64,000 bases of DNA from Paenalcaligenes sp. (GCA_052103955.1 JBQELO010000009.1:24364-88363), one strand, 5' to 3'; positions 18,919 through 27,268 are shown, numbered from the stretch's first letter. The notes: generated by a model from the letters alone, not told the origin. Numbers and translations are program-made.

Positions 18919-20031
18919 GTGAGCTTATTAAAACGAATTCTGGGTACACGACAAACAACTGCTACAGAAATCAGTACAGCGGGTGATGACGAACAGCCGG
19001 TACTGGTCAACGCCTATGCAACGGTTGCTGTGACGCCAGAATTAGATTTTCCGCATGACTTACTGTCTCAACGCGATCACTCTGACCCAGAGCTAGCCGA
19101 ACACCTAGATGGATTCATCGGTTATGTCATGAGCCGTGGCGATGGTCAAATGAATGCTATGCGTTATCATCTGTGGCGACATATTCAGCGGGTACAAAAC
19201 CATATCAGTCTTCGCGTTAAACAGCAGGACTTATCTGCCATGAGCGCTTGGGCTGCCAGTGCCAATGCCGTAGTTTTTCTGCCCGATGGTTCAGTCTGTA
19301 CCCCAGAGCTTGCAACGCTGATGACAACAGAAGGCGTATTTTCTGAGCATGAGGGGTTGCCGTATTTGCCAGATGCTCTGGCCAGACGTGAACAGAGTCT
19401 GGCTTTATTGGCCGATCTCTCTCCTAACCCACCAGTGTCAATGCCGCCTGTGCTGGCCGAGGCAGAGGTGCATTTGCGATCAGTAGCTGATATTGTGCAT
19501 CGTGCGTTAAGTTTGTTTTGTGTAGCGTCCGAAGGGATTGTTATTTTAGATAAGGAAGACAGCTGCTTACCGTTTATGGCCGAGCGTAATCCTGTTGGGT
19601 TAGCGATGCTAAGCGAGCAAGAGAAAGCCTTTATTGCGGCCGAAGAGCCAGATGAGCACGCAGCAATACAGATGAGCTGGCGACATGAAGCGTTGAATGT
19701 GCTGTTGTGGGCGCTATCTAAAAATCCAGAGCCACTGTCCCCTGCTTCCGATGTAGTAGATTCTCAAGTAGTGTTTGATAAAACCATGAAGTTAATTGAG
19801 CTTAACAACAGCGGGCATGCTTTTACATTACGCCCAACGGCCGAGATTTTGGATCTGCTTGATTTAACATGGCGTCAACACTGGGCAATTCGGCAAGCGG
19901 CGCAAAGTGATGAGCCTGTTGAGGGCTTAATCCCTGGTGTGGTGATGGAAAGGCACTACGCACTGAACTGGTTAACGAATTTCCAGAACGACACGGATAC
20001 AGACTGGGATGACATAGATACACCCACATAA
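18919..20031 (+). CDS. hypothetical 370-aa protein; C-terminal half possibly DUF4272-like (from memory, unverified)
   Basis: GTG start with a GGGAGA RBS 6 nt upstream. The C-terminus is acidic (NDTDTDWDDIDTPT). No catalytic motif. Confidence 0.6.
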   Translation: MSLLKRILGTRQTTATEISTAGDDEQPVLVNAYATVAVTPELDFPHDLLSQRDHSDPELAEHLDGFIGYVMSRGDGQMNAMRYHLWRHIQRVQNHISLRVKQQDLSAMSAWAASANAVVFLPDGSVCTPELATLMTTEGVFSEHEGLPYLPDALARREQSLALLADLSPNPPVSMPPVLAEAEVHLRSVADIVHRALSLFCVASEGIVILDKEDSCLPFMAERNPVGLAMLSEQEKAFIAAEEPDEHAAIQMSWRHEALNVLLWALSKNPEPLSPASDVVDSQVVFDKTMKLIELNNSGHAFTLRPTAEILDLLDLTWRQHWAIRQAAQSDEPVEGLIPGVVMERHYALNWLTNFQNDTDTDWDDIDTPT

Positions 20032-20033
20032 AT

Positions 20034-20064
20034 AAATGGCTACTGCTTTATACAGTAGCCATTT
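20034..20064. terminator. 12-bp perfect hairpin between convergent genes
   Basis: AAATGGCTACTG (20034-20045) pairs with CAGTAGCCATTT (20053-20064). The loop is 7 nt. Confidence 0.6.
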
Positions 20065-20102
20065 CTACATCTAGCCAACAACACCATGATTTGGGTGCTT
20101 CG

Positions 20103-20699
20103 TTATTGGTTATATTCCCACGCGTCTAGCATCTGTTGTGCTGTATCTAGGCTACCCAATGCTGCAGCTAAGTGTGCGCGTATGGTTTGGTAGCCTGTTT
20201 CAGTTAAGGCCTCATCATCAAACTGATCTTCATCCAATTCGCAATAGCTGGTGGCTACACAGGCAATAGCACCAATGGCGGTGTAAAGATCATTGGCAAA
20301 TAAGACAGGCTTCCAAAGACCTGCACCATGGAAAGCAAAGAGTACATGCCCAGTAGCGTGGTCATAGATAAAAGGGTCACCGCCTTGCTCGGCAATCACC
20401 AACCAATTGGGGTTCCAGCCGTAAAGCCTGTCGTCGGGGTTGGTTGACCACGCATAACCTGCTTGTAGCGATTCCAGTTTACTGAGGGGAGGAATGCACA
20501 CGGGGTTACCGCCTACAGTCAATGTGCAGCCTACTGGCCCCACTTTTTCGTGATACGTGTTACCCAATGGGCCAACCTGCAGGTAGAACTCTTGTAGTGG
20601 TGTTGGTAACGCCTGTTGACCTGTCCATTCAGAGGGAGGCTGAGAGCGTAACTGCCCAAAAGGTTCTAATAATGTGCGTAGTGTGTCAGCGGTAAACAT
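20103..20699 (-). CDS. SMI1/KNR4 (SUKH-1) family protein, immunity-protein-like
   Basis: LPTPLQEFYLQVGP and WLVIAEQGGDPFIYDHATGHVLFAFH are typical SUKH core patterns. Length is 198 aa. Confidence 0.7.
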   Translation of the reverse strand: MFTADTLRTLLEPFGQLRSQPPSEWTGQQALPTPLQEFYLQVGPLGNTYHEKVGPVGCTLTVGGNPVCIPPLSKLESLQAGYAWSTNPDDRLYGWNPNWLVIAEQGGDPFIYDHATGHVLFAFHGAGLWKPVLFANDLYTAIGAIACVATSYCELDEDQFDDEALTETGYQTIRAHLAAALGSLDTAQQMLDAWEYNQ

Positions 20700-20749
20700 A
20701 AAAGGCGGGGACGTTGATGGCGTGAATGAAATTGGGAGGTAACGCTATT

Positions 20750-21799
20750 TTATGACTCAGAGGGGGTTACACGGCGCACCCTGCCCTCTAGCACTTTCAT
20801 ACTTTTGCGTTTAGCTGCTTTAGCGGGTTTTAGCGCATTACCCGAGTAGTGCTGTTCTTTAAGCAGTGCCATTTCAGCGCTAGTTTGTGCCAACTGTTGG
20901 TACAGGGTTCTAAGCTCGCTATCAGCCCTCTCTAGGTTTAGGTTAAGCGTAGTGAGTGCACCTTCTAGCTTGCTGTTTTCATGCTGCGCTTCTTGCAGCT
21001 GTTGCTGTAATTGCTGTGCAGCAACTTGCTGCTGTTGGGCTTCCGTTTGCGCGGCAGTGCGTAGGGTGTCTACTTCTTTTTGGGCTTTAGCGGCAGCCAG
21101 TCGTTCTCTGTCTAAATCCACCATTAAGCGTTTTTCCATGTCACGTGAACGTGACTCGGCTAATTGAGCAGAAAGGTGCAGTTTTTCTAGCTCTACGCTG
21201 AATTCTTTGCGGCTGTCATGAAGTTGCTGTTGTAGCGACAGTATGTCGTCTTGTGCTTGCACCAACTGAGTGTTTAAGGCGTTTTTCGTTTCCTTAGCAG
21301 CAGCCAGCGTTTCTCTGTAGCTAATGATCTCTTGTTGGGCTACGGATAAGGAGTGTTGGGTGCCCTGCTCCCGTTGTAGTGCCTGATCACGCTCTAGCTC
21401 AAAAGCAGCGGCATCTGCTCTGGCCTTCGCCGCAATGGCTTGAGCTTCTGCTTCAACACTGCGTAATGATTCATGAGCCGCTTCTTGGGCGTGACGCCAA
21501 AGCGTAGCGATAAGCTCACCTGCTGCTGAGGTAAGTGTTTCGGGCAAATCAGGATGCTCGATACGTGTACGGCTTTTTTCGCGCAGTTCTTCCCAGAATG
21601 TGACCAACGCTTGTGATGGCGCACTCATGCTGCCTTTACGTACTAGTTGATACAGCTTATTAGCAGTGGGTGTAGTGCCATATCTAAAGAATAACAATGC
21701 ACAGACTTCCCTATAAAGCTCTTGGGTATTTGAGAACCGCTCTTTAAGCGCCTCAACCTCGGCATTTAGGCTTATTTCGTTGATATTGGCTGTATTCAT
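20750..21799 (-). CDS. KfrA_N-type DNA-binding protein with long coiled coil
   Basis: Start trimmed to MNTANINE, with an AGAGGGG RBS upstream. The N-terminal YGTTPTANKLYQLVRKGSMSAPSQALVTFWEELR resembles the KfrA N-terminal HTH. Residues ~110-320 are heptad-like and rich in Ala/Gln/Glu/Leu. The C-terminus is basic. Confidence 0.7.
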   Translation of the reverse strand: MNTANINEISLNAEVEALKERFSNTQELYREVCALLFFRYGTTPTANKLYQLVRKGSMSAPSQALVTFWEELREKSRTRIEHPDLPETLTSAAGELIATLWRHAQEAAHESLRSVEAEAQAIAAKARADAAAFELERDQALQREQGTQHSLSVAQQEIISYRETLAAAKETKNALNTQLVQAQDDILSLQQQLHDSRKEFSVELEKLHLSAQLAESRSRDMEKRLMVDLDRERLAAAKAQKEVDTLRTAAQTEAQQQQVAAQQLQQQLQEAQHENSKLEGALTTLNLNLERADSELRTLYQQLAQTSAEMALLKEQHYSGNALKPAKAAKRKSMKVLEGRVRRVTPSES

Positions 21800-21829
21800 T
21801 GTTACCCCTCTGTCGTTAATTAATAATAC

Positions 21830-21842
21830 AACGTAATACGTT
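21830..21842. promoter_or_regulatory. 13-bp perfect palindrome AACGTA-A-TACGTT
   Basis: Read directly from the sequence. It lies 31 nt upstream of the coiled-coil gene start, in the divergent control region. Confidence 0.45.
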
Positions 21843-21858
21843 AAGAATACAATCATTG

Positions 21859-21888
21859 TTGATTAAAATTTGACATTACTCTTATAAT
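21859..21888 (+). promoter_or_regulatory. candidate sigma70 promoter of the recombinase gene
   Basis: TTGATT (21859-21864), an 18-nt spacer, then TATAAT (21883-21888). Confidence 0.4.
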
Positions 21889-21896
21889 GTCAAATT
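21867..21896. promoter_or_regulatory. operator-like inverted repeat AATTTGACATT-N8-AATGTCAAATT
   Basis: Perfect 11-bp arms at 21867-21877 and 21886-21896. The repeat overlaps the candidate -10 and the first in-frame ATG (21887) of the recombinase ORF. Confidence 0.55.
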
Positions 21897-23110
21897 ACTA
21901 CTACTTTAGTGAATCAGTTATGTCGGAAAGCGATTCCACGGCGCTTGTACACTTCCCTCCCCTAGAACACATGCTGCATTCTGCGCATTTGGACGGTAGC
22001 AATGGCACAAACCGGGTAATAGGCGGCCGTGCACAGATTTCCGCCACTACAGACATCGCTGCTATACAAGCGTGGTTGGCGCGTTTCATTGATTCACCTA
22101 ACACCTTTGCCAATTACCGCAAAGAAGCCGAACGGCTGCTGTTATGGGCCACTATCGCTATGCGTAAGCCGGTGTCGTCCCTGACGCACGAAGATTTGTT
22201 GTTGTATCAGTATTTTTTAAATGATCCGCAACCAGCAGCTCAGTGGGTAATGCCCGCTGGTCGTAAAGTCGCTAGGTCTCACCCGCATTGGTGTCCCTTT
22301 GCTGGCCCACTCTCCCAAGCGAGTCAACGCCAGGCGTTAATTATTCTGAACTCACTATTTTCGTGGTTGGTGTCGGCGGGGTATTTGGCTGGTAACCCGT
22401 TATCGTTGTCTAAACAGCGTGCGCGTCAGGCTGCACCTAGGGTGAGCCGCTACTTAGACGACGAGATCTGGCTGGAAGTAAAACGTACCATTACTGAATT
22501 ACCTCAAGAGTCAGACCGTGAACGAGAGCACTACGCTAGGCTACGTTGGTTGTTTTCATTGTTATATGTGTGCGGGCTACGTATTTCTGAGGTTATAGAC
22601 AATACGATGGCAGGTTTCTTTTGCCGACGCGGCAATGATGGTACCGAGCGTTGGTGGTTAGAAATTACGGGCAAGGGAAATAAAACCCGAATTGTGCCGG
22701 CGACTACCGAGCTAATGGCAGAACTGCAGCGTTATAGAAAAGAAAAAGGGTTGTCTCCCTACCCTACTTCTACTGAAATTACGCCTTTGTTGCTACCTAT
22801 AGGTCATCAGCAGCGTAGTTTGACGCGTGCGGGTGTTCACACGATCGTTAAATCGGTGTTTACAGCTACGGCAAACCGACTACGGGCAACGGACGCAGAA
22901 AAAGAATGGCAAGCACAGCAGTTAGAACAAGCATCTGCGCATTGGCTGCGACACACGGCAGGTTCACATATGGCGAATAAACAGGTGGACTTACGCCATG
23001 TACGCGATAACTTAGGTCACGAGTCATTAAGCACCACGAATATTTACCTGCACTCCGCTGACGATGCCAGACATACTGAAACCGAGCAGCATCATAAAAT
23101 TCAGTGGTAA
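21887..23110 (+). CDS. tyrosine recombinase/integrase, catalytic residues intact
   Basis: CGLRISEV (Arg), HWLRHTAGSHM (H-x-x-R) and LGHESLSTTNIYLH (His/Tyr). The N-terminal core-binding region reads AIQAWLARF...YRKEAERLLLWA. The start is ambiguous (21887 or 21920). Confidence 0.85.
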   Translation: MSNYYYFSESVMSESDSTALVHFPPLEHMLHSAHLDGSNGTNRVIGGRAQISATTDIAAIQAWLARFIDSPNTFANYRKEAERLLLWATIAMRKPVSSLTHEDLLLYQYFLNDPQPAAQWVMPAGRKVARSHPHWCPFAGPLSQASQRQALIILNSLFSWLVSAGYLAGNPLSLSKQRARQAAPRVSRYLDDEIWLEVKRTITELPQESDREREHYARLRWLFSLLYVCGLRISEVIDNTMAGFFCRRGNDGTERWWLEITGKGNKTRIVPATTELMAELQRYRKEKGLSPYPTSTEITPLLLPIGHQQRSLTRAGVHTIVKSVFTATANRLRATDAEKEWQAQQLEQASAHWLRHTAGSHMANKQVDLRHVRDNLGHESLSTTNIYLHSADDARHTETEQHHKIQW

Positions 23111-23150
23111 GTATGCCTCATTGCCTTCCTGCAGCAATTTATTACCTTTT

Positions 23151-23332
23151 TGATTTGAAATCACGGTACTTGGCAGCCATTTTATGGCGTGCATTTTCAT
23201 ACATCCATAAGAAATAATCTAAGCTTAAAGTAATTTATTGTATTTATAATCAATGGCTTACGATCGTATTTGGCTTAAATTTTTCGTTACATGATTTAGT
23301 CTAGTAAAGTGCTAAATCAATAGATGATTTAG
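23151..23332. repeat. five copies of a TGATTT half-site in the AT-rich spacer
   Basis: TGATTT-G-AAATCA palindrome at 23151-23163. TGATTTAG at 23292-23299. CTAAATCA at 23312-23319 pairs with TGATTTAG at 23325-23332. Confidence 0.6.
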
Positions 23333-23513
23333 TGTATTTGTTGCCCTAAGCGTACGATTTTGGCACCGTTATATTCTTATCTATATAGGTCTTGCGCTAG
23401 ATCAAACATGAATCCGATAAGGGTTTCTACCCATATAGGCTCTCTATACCATGAGTATTGAATGTGACATTACCGTTATTGCCGCATTTCTTTATTAATT
23501 ATGGGTAGCGTTT

Positions 23514-24872
23514 ATGAAAGCCTTGTCTAAAACCCTGATCGTTGCACTGGTTGCGCTGGGGGTCGGTTATGGCGGATCACAGCTTATTCTTTCGCAACGT
23601 AGCATAACCTCCTCCTCTGCCAGCAACTTGAACTTGGATGATGAAACACTCATCAAGCAAGGAGCCTATGTGTCCCGCACTGGCGACTGTGTAGCCTGTC
23701 ATACCGTACCTGGTGGTAAAGAGTATGCTGGCGGCTTGGCCATGCAAACACCATTGGGGGCGATTTACTCCACGAACATTACGCCTGACGTAGACACTGG
23801 TATTGGTAGCTACACATTAGACGAATTCAAAACAGCAGTGCAGCACGGTGTACGTAAAGACGGTGCGGCGTTATACCCTGCTATGCCTTACCCTTCTTAC
23901 GCCATCATGAATGATGACGATATGAACGCGCTATACGCGTACTTCATGCGTGGCGTGCCAGCGGTAAAACAAGAAAACGCTGAGCCCACCCTACCTAAGC
24001 TATTCCAAATGCGTTGGACGGTAGCGTGGTGGCAATGGTTGTTTGCACCTAAAGACCAGCAGTTTGTTGCTGATGATGCTGTAGACAGCATTAAAAACCG
24101 TGGTGCTTACCTGGTTCAAGGTCCGGGTCACTGTGGCGCCTGTCATACCCCTCGCGGCTTGGCCTACCAAGAGTTAGCCATGAGCCTAAATGAAGGCGAC
24201 GACTTTTTGTCTGGTGCGGTCATTGATGGCTGGCGAGCAAAAAGCTTACGTGGCGAAGGGCGTGGTTTAGCAAGCTGGACTGAGGACGAGCTGGTTGATT
24301 TCTTTGCTACCGGCAGAACCGACAAAGTAGCCGCCTTTGGTGCCATGGCTGATGTGGTGGAACACAGCACGCAATACATGACACCCGAAGATCAACGTGC
24401 TATGGCGCAATACCTGAAGGCATTGCCTCCAGTAAAAGGCCGCAACCCCGAGATTCCACATCAAACGGATACCACGACACAAGCGCAGTTAGATGGCCAA
24501 TACACTACTCCTGGTGCCTGGTTATACGCTGAGCATTGTGTAACGTGTCACCGTGCTGATGGTAAAGGTGTGCCGCGTATATTCCCTGCATTGGCGGGTA
24601 ACTCGGCTGTGTTTGCCAACAATGCGCAATCAGTCATTCAGGTGACCTTAGAAGGTGGTCGTATGCCTGAAAACCATGTAGATGAAATGACCTTTACTAT
24701 GCCCGCATTCCGTCACTTAGGTGATCAAGAAGTGGCTGATGTGGTGAACTTCATCCGTACTAGCTGGACCAACGAAGCCCCTACGATTCAAGCTGAAGAC
24801 GTAGCGCATATTCGTCAGTTCGTCGCCAAAAAATCGCCTAACATCCTTCCTGAAGGAGCCAGCCATGAGTAA
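23514..24872 (+). CDS. membrane-anchored triheme cytochrome c (AdhB / gluconate-2-dehydrogenase cytochrome subunit type)
   Basis: N-terminal TM anchor MKALSKTLIVALVALGVGYGG. Three CxxCH motifs: CVACH, CGACH, CVTCH. Confidence 0.85.
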   Translation: MKALSKTLIVALVALGVGYGGSQLILSQRSITSSSASNLNLDDETLIKQGAYVSRTGDCVACHTVPGGKEYAGGLAMQTPLGAIYSTNITPDVDTGIGSYTLDEFKTAVQHGVRKDGAALYPAMPYPSYAIMNDDDMNALYAYFMRGVPAVKQENAEPTLPKLFQMRWTVAWWQWLFAPKDQQFVADDAVDSIKNRGAYLVQGPGHCGACHTPRGLAYQELAMSLNEGDDFLSGAVIDGWRAKSLRGEGRGLASWTEDELVDFFATGRTDKVAAFGAMADVVEHSTQYMTPEDQRAMAQYLKALPPVKGRNPEIPHQTDTTTQAQLDGQYTTPGAWLYAEHCVTCHRADGKGVPRIFPALAGNSAVFANNAQSVIQVTLEGGRMPENHVDEMTFTMPAFRHLGDQEVADVVNFIRTSWTNEAPTIQAEDVAHIRQFVAKKSPNILPEGASHE

Positions 24873-25776
24873 AGCCAAAATTCTTTCAGTCGTAGCCTTG
24901 GCCATTGCTGGTATCGCTGGTGCATCGTGGTATAGCTTAGCTAGCCCTACCCTTACAGGCCCAACCGAGAAAAGCTACCCTATTATTGATGTAGAAACCA
25001 AGCAGGTGGTAGGTCAGTACCAAATACCGTCCGATCTGCTGATTGCAAACGAACCTAATGCAGAATCCATTTTGTACGGTAAACGCTTGTTGAATGAAAC
25101 ACGTCGTTTATTGCCAGACAATGTGGGCGCAATGATGAACTGTAGCAGCTGCCACATCGCTGAAGGTAAAGCTCCTTTGGGCGCACACTACATCAACAGT
25201 TTTGTGAGCTACCCTAAAGTCATGCCGCGCTCCGGCAAGATGGTTGATTTGGCTGGCCGTATTAACGGGTGTTTTATGCGCTCAATGAACGGCAAGCCAT
25301 TACCAGTAGATTCCGCAGAAATGGTAGGTATGCTGGACTACATGAAATGGTTGTCACAAGGTATGGAGCCAGGGCAAAAAGCACAGGTGCCTATTGCTGG
25401 TCCTTTGGACGAAAGCTTAGTACCTAACACTGAACGTGGCCGTGACTTATACGCAGCGCAATGCGCAACCTGTCATGGTGCGAATGGCGAAGGCCTAAAA
25501 GATGAACGTGGCAATATTGTGTTCCCACCACTATGGGGCGATGAATCCTTCAATATTGGTGCGGGTCTAGCACGTACTTATAAAGCCGCTGCTTTTATTA
25601 AGTACAACATGCCTATGAGCGTTGAGGACCATGGCGCATGGGGCCAAGGTGGTGTGTTGGATGATCAGGATGCGGTAGACATTGCTGAGTACTTCACTCA
25701 TATGCCTAGACCTGACTTTGCCGGCAAAGTAAACGATTGGCCTAATGGCAAAAAGCCTAAGGACGCACGTTACTAA
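24865..25776 (+). CDS. tsdA: diheme cytochrome c, TsdA-like thiosulfate dehydrogenase family
   Basis: Signal or anchor sequence, then two CxxCH motifs (CSSCH, CATCH). The RINGCFMRSMNG motif contains the Cys I remember as the heme-1 ligand region in TsdA. The gene overlaps the upstream gene by 8 nt. Confidence 0.6.
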   Translation: MSKAKILSVVALAIAGIAGASWYSLASPTLTGPTEKSYPIIDVETKQVVGQYQIPSDLLIANEPNAESILYGKRLLNETRRLLPDNVGAMMNCSSCHIAEGKAPLGAHYINSFVSYPKVMPRSGKMVDLAGRINGCFMRSMNGKPLPVDSAEMVGMLDYMKWLSQGMEPGQKAQVPIAGPLDESLVPNTERGRDLYAAQCATCHGANGEGLKDERGNIVFPPLWGDESFNIGAGLARTYKAAAFIKYNMPMSVEDHGAWGQGGVLDDQDAVDIAEYFTHMPRPDFAGKVNDWPNGKKPKDARY

Positions 25777-25811
25777 TTTATAAGAAATTAATCTCCCTTC
25801 AAGCCAGATTT

Positions 25812-25842
25812 AAGGCTGCCCTCCCCTAGGCAGCCTTTTTTT
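25812..25842. terminator. bidirectional terminator between tsdA-like gene and purT
   Basis: AAGGCTGCC-loop-GGCAGCCTT followed by TTTTTT. Confidence 0.8.
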
Positions 25843-25849
25843 ATCTAGC

Positions 25850-27055
25850 TTACTCAGCAGCGCTTACACGTACGGTTGCCGCAATTTTCTTAGCACGCTC
25901 ACGTGCAGCGTCAACGGTTTCATCGTAGGCAAGTGCTACACCCATGCGGCGCTTAGTAAAGCTTTCTGGTTTACCAAATAAACGCAGATCGGATTGAGGA
26001 ATGCTTAATGCTTCTGCCACGCCATCAAAGGTCACGTTTTTGCTATCTACACCACCATAGATTACAGCGCTAGCACCGGGTGCCAGCAACGCCGTGGAAA
26101 CAGGCAACCCTAAAATAGCACGAGCATGCAGTTCGAATTCATTTTGACGCTGTGTCACCATGGTGACCATACCGGTATCGTGTGGGCGTGGGCTTACTTC
26201 GCTAAACCACACTTGATCGCCTTTCACAAACAGCTCAACACCAAAAATGCCTTGACCGCCTAAATCTTGGGTAATAGATTTTGCAATGTGTTGTGCCGAT
26301 TCCAGCGCTGCTTGGCTCATGGGATGTGGCTGCCAGCTTTCTACGTAATCGCCATCTACTTGTTTATGACCAATGGGTGCACAGAAACTGGTTTGTACCT
26401 GGCCCCGTGCGTCTAGACTGCGGACAGTCAATAAGGTGATTTCGTAATCAAAATCGATAAAGCCTTCTACAATCACGCGCTGTTGGCTAACACGGCCACC
26501 TTCCATGGCGTAATGCCAGGCTTTTTCTATGTCGTCAGGGCCACTGATTTTGCTTTGGCCTTTACCTGAGCTGCTCATCAACGGTTTGATCACGCAGGGG
26601 TAGCCAATATGGTCTTGGATTGCGGCTTTGAGCTCATCTAAGGTGTTGCAGAATTTATAGGGGCTAGTCGCTAACCCTAGGGTTTCCGCTGCTAAACGAC
26701 GAATACCTTCGCGGTCCATCGTCAATTGTGTGGCGCGAGCCATGGGCACGACGCGTGCTGTACCTGCTGCCTCAACAGCGGCTAAAGCATCGGTAGCAAT
26801 TGCTTCAATTTCTGGCACGATAATGTGCGGTTTGACTTGTGCTATTAACGCTGTCAAGGCGTTGGCATCGCGCATGTCGGTAACAAAAGCATGGTGTGCA
26901 ACCTGATGGCCAGGAGCATTTTCATAGCGATCAACCGCAATGGTTTCTACGCCAAGACGCTGCAAGGCAATAATCACTTCCTTACCCAGCTCCCCTGCGC
27001 CTAATAGCATGACGCGAGTTGCAGCAGGACTAAGCGGTGTACCTAATGACTTCAT
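25850..27055 (-). CDS. purT: formate-dependent phosphoribosylglycinamide formyltransferase
   Basis: ATP-grasp protein of 401 aa with a PurT-type N-terminus ([14 protein letters not shown]) and C-terminus. Confidence 0.9.
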   Translation of the reverse strand: MKSLGTPLSPAATRVMLLGAGELGKEVIIALQRLGVETIAVDRYENAPGHQVAHHAFVTDMRDANALTALIAQVKPHIIVPEIEAIATDALAAVEAAGTARVVPMARATQLTMDREGIRRLAAETLGLATSPYKFCNTLDELKAAIQDHIGYPCVIKPLMSSSGKGQSKISGPDDIEKAWHYAMEGGRVSQQRVIVEGFIDFDYEITLLTVRSLDARGQVQTSFCAPIGHKQVDGDYVESWQPHPMSQAALESAQHIAKSITQDLGGQGIFGVELFVKGDQVWFSEVSPRPHDTGMVTMVTQRQNEFELHARAILGLPVSTALLAPGASAVIYGGVDSKNVTFDGVAEALSIPQSDLRLFGKPESFTKRRMGVALAYDETVDAARERAKKIAATVRVSAAE

Positions 27056-27268
27056 GAGTGACTCCGGTATAACAGGCTCTATACGATAAATTCACAAAGA
27101 AACATTGTAATCGCACCTACTGCCTAGTAGGCAACATTCCATTGACTGATCATTTTGTCGCATTAGCACCGGCAAAAGCAGTTACCGCGCCTATTCGTAT
27201 GTACCCACTTGTTTTTTTAGCGCCTATGCTCTACATTAATTAAGCTCAATTTGAGCATATAAGGAGAA

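Larger units (their letters stand above)
17587..23513. mobile_element. putative decayed integrative islet (boundaries approximate)
   Basis: Contains gene remnants, orphan genes, an intact tyrosine recombinase and an AT-rich flank, wedged between dbpA and the cytochrome c operon. No flanking direct repeats or tRNA were identified. Confidence 0.4.

Noticed and set aside
21870-21888. Consensus TTGACA (21870-21875) and TATAAT (21883-21888) as a promoter pair
   Set aside because: They are only 7 nt apart, far from the 16-18 nt needed. TTGACA is part of the inverted-repeat arm. A TTGATT at 21859 gives workable 18-nt spacing instead.
23150-23163. FNR/CRP-like box TTGATTTGAAATCA
   Set aside because: It does not fit TTGAT-N4-ATCAA: the right half is shifted by one. 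It is better explained as a TGATTT-G-AAATCA palindrome belonging to the TGATTT half-site set.
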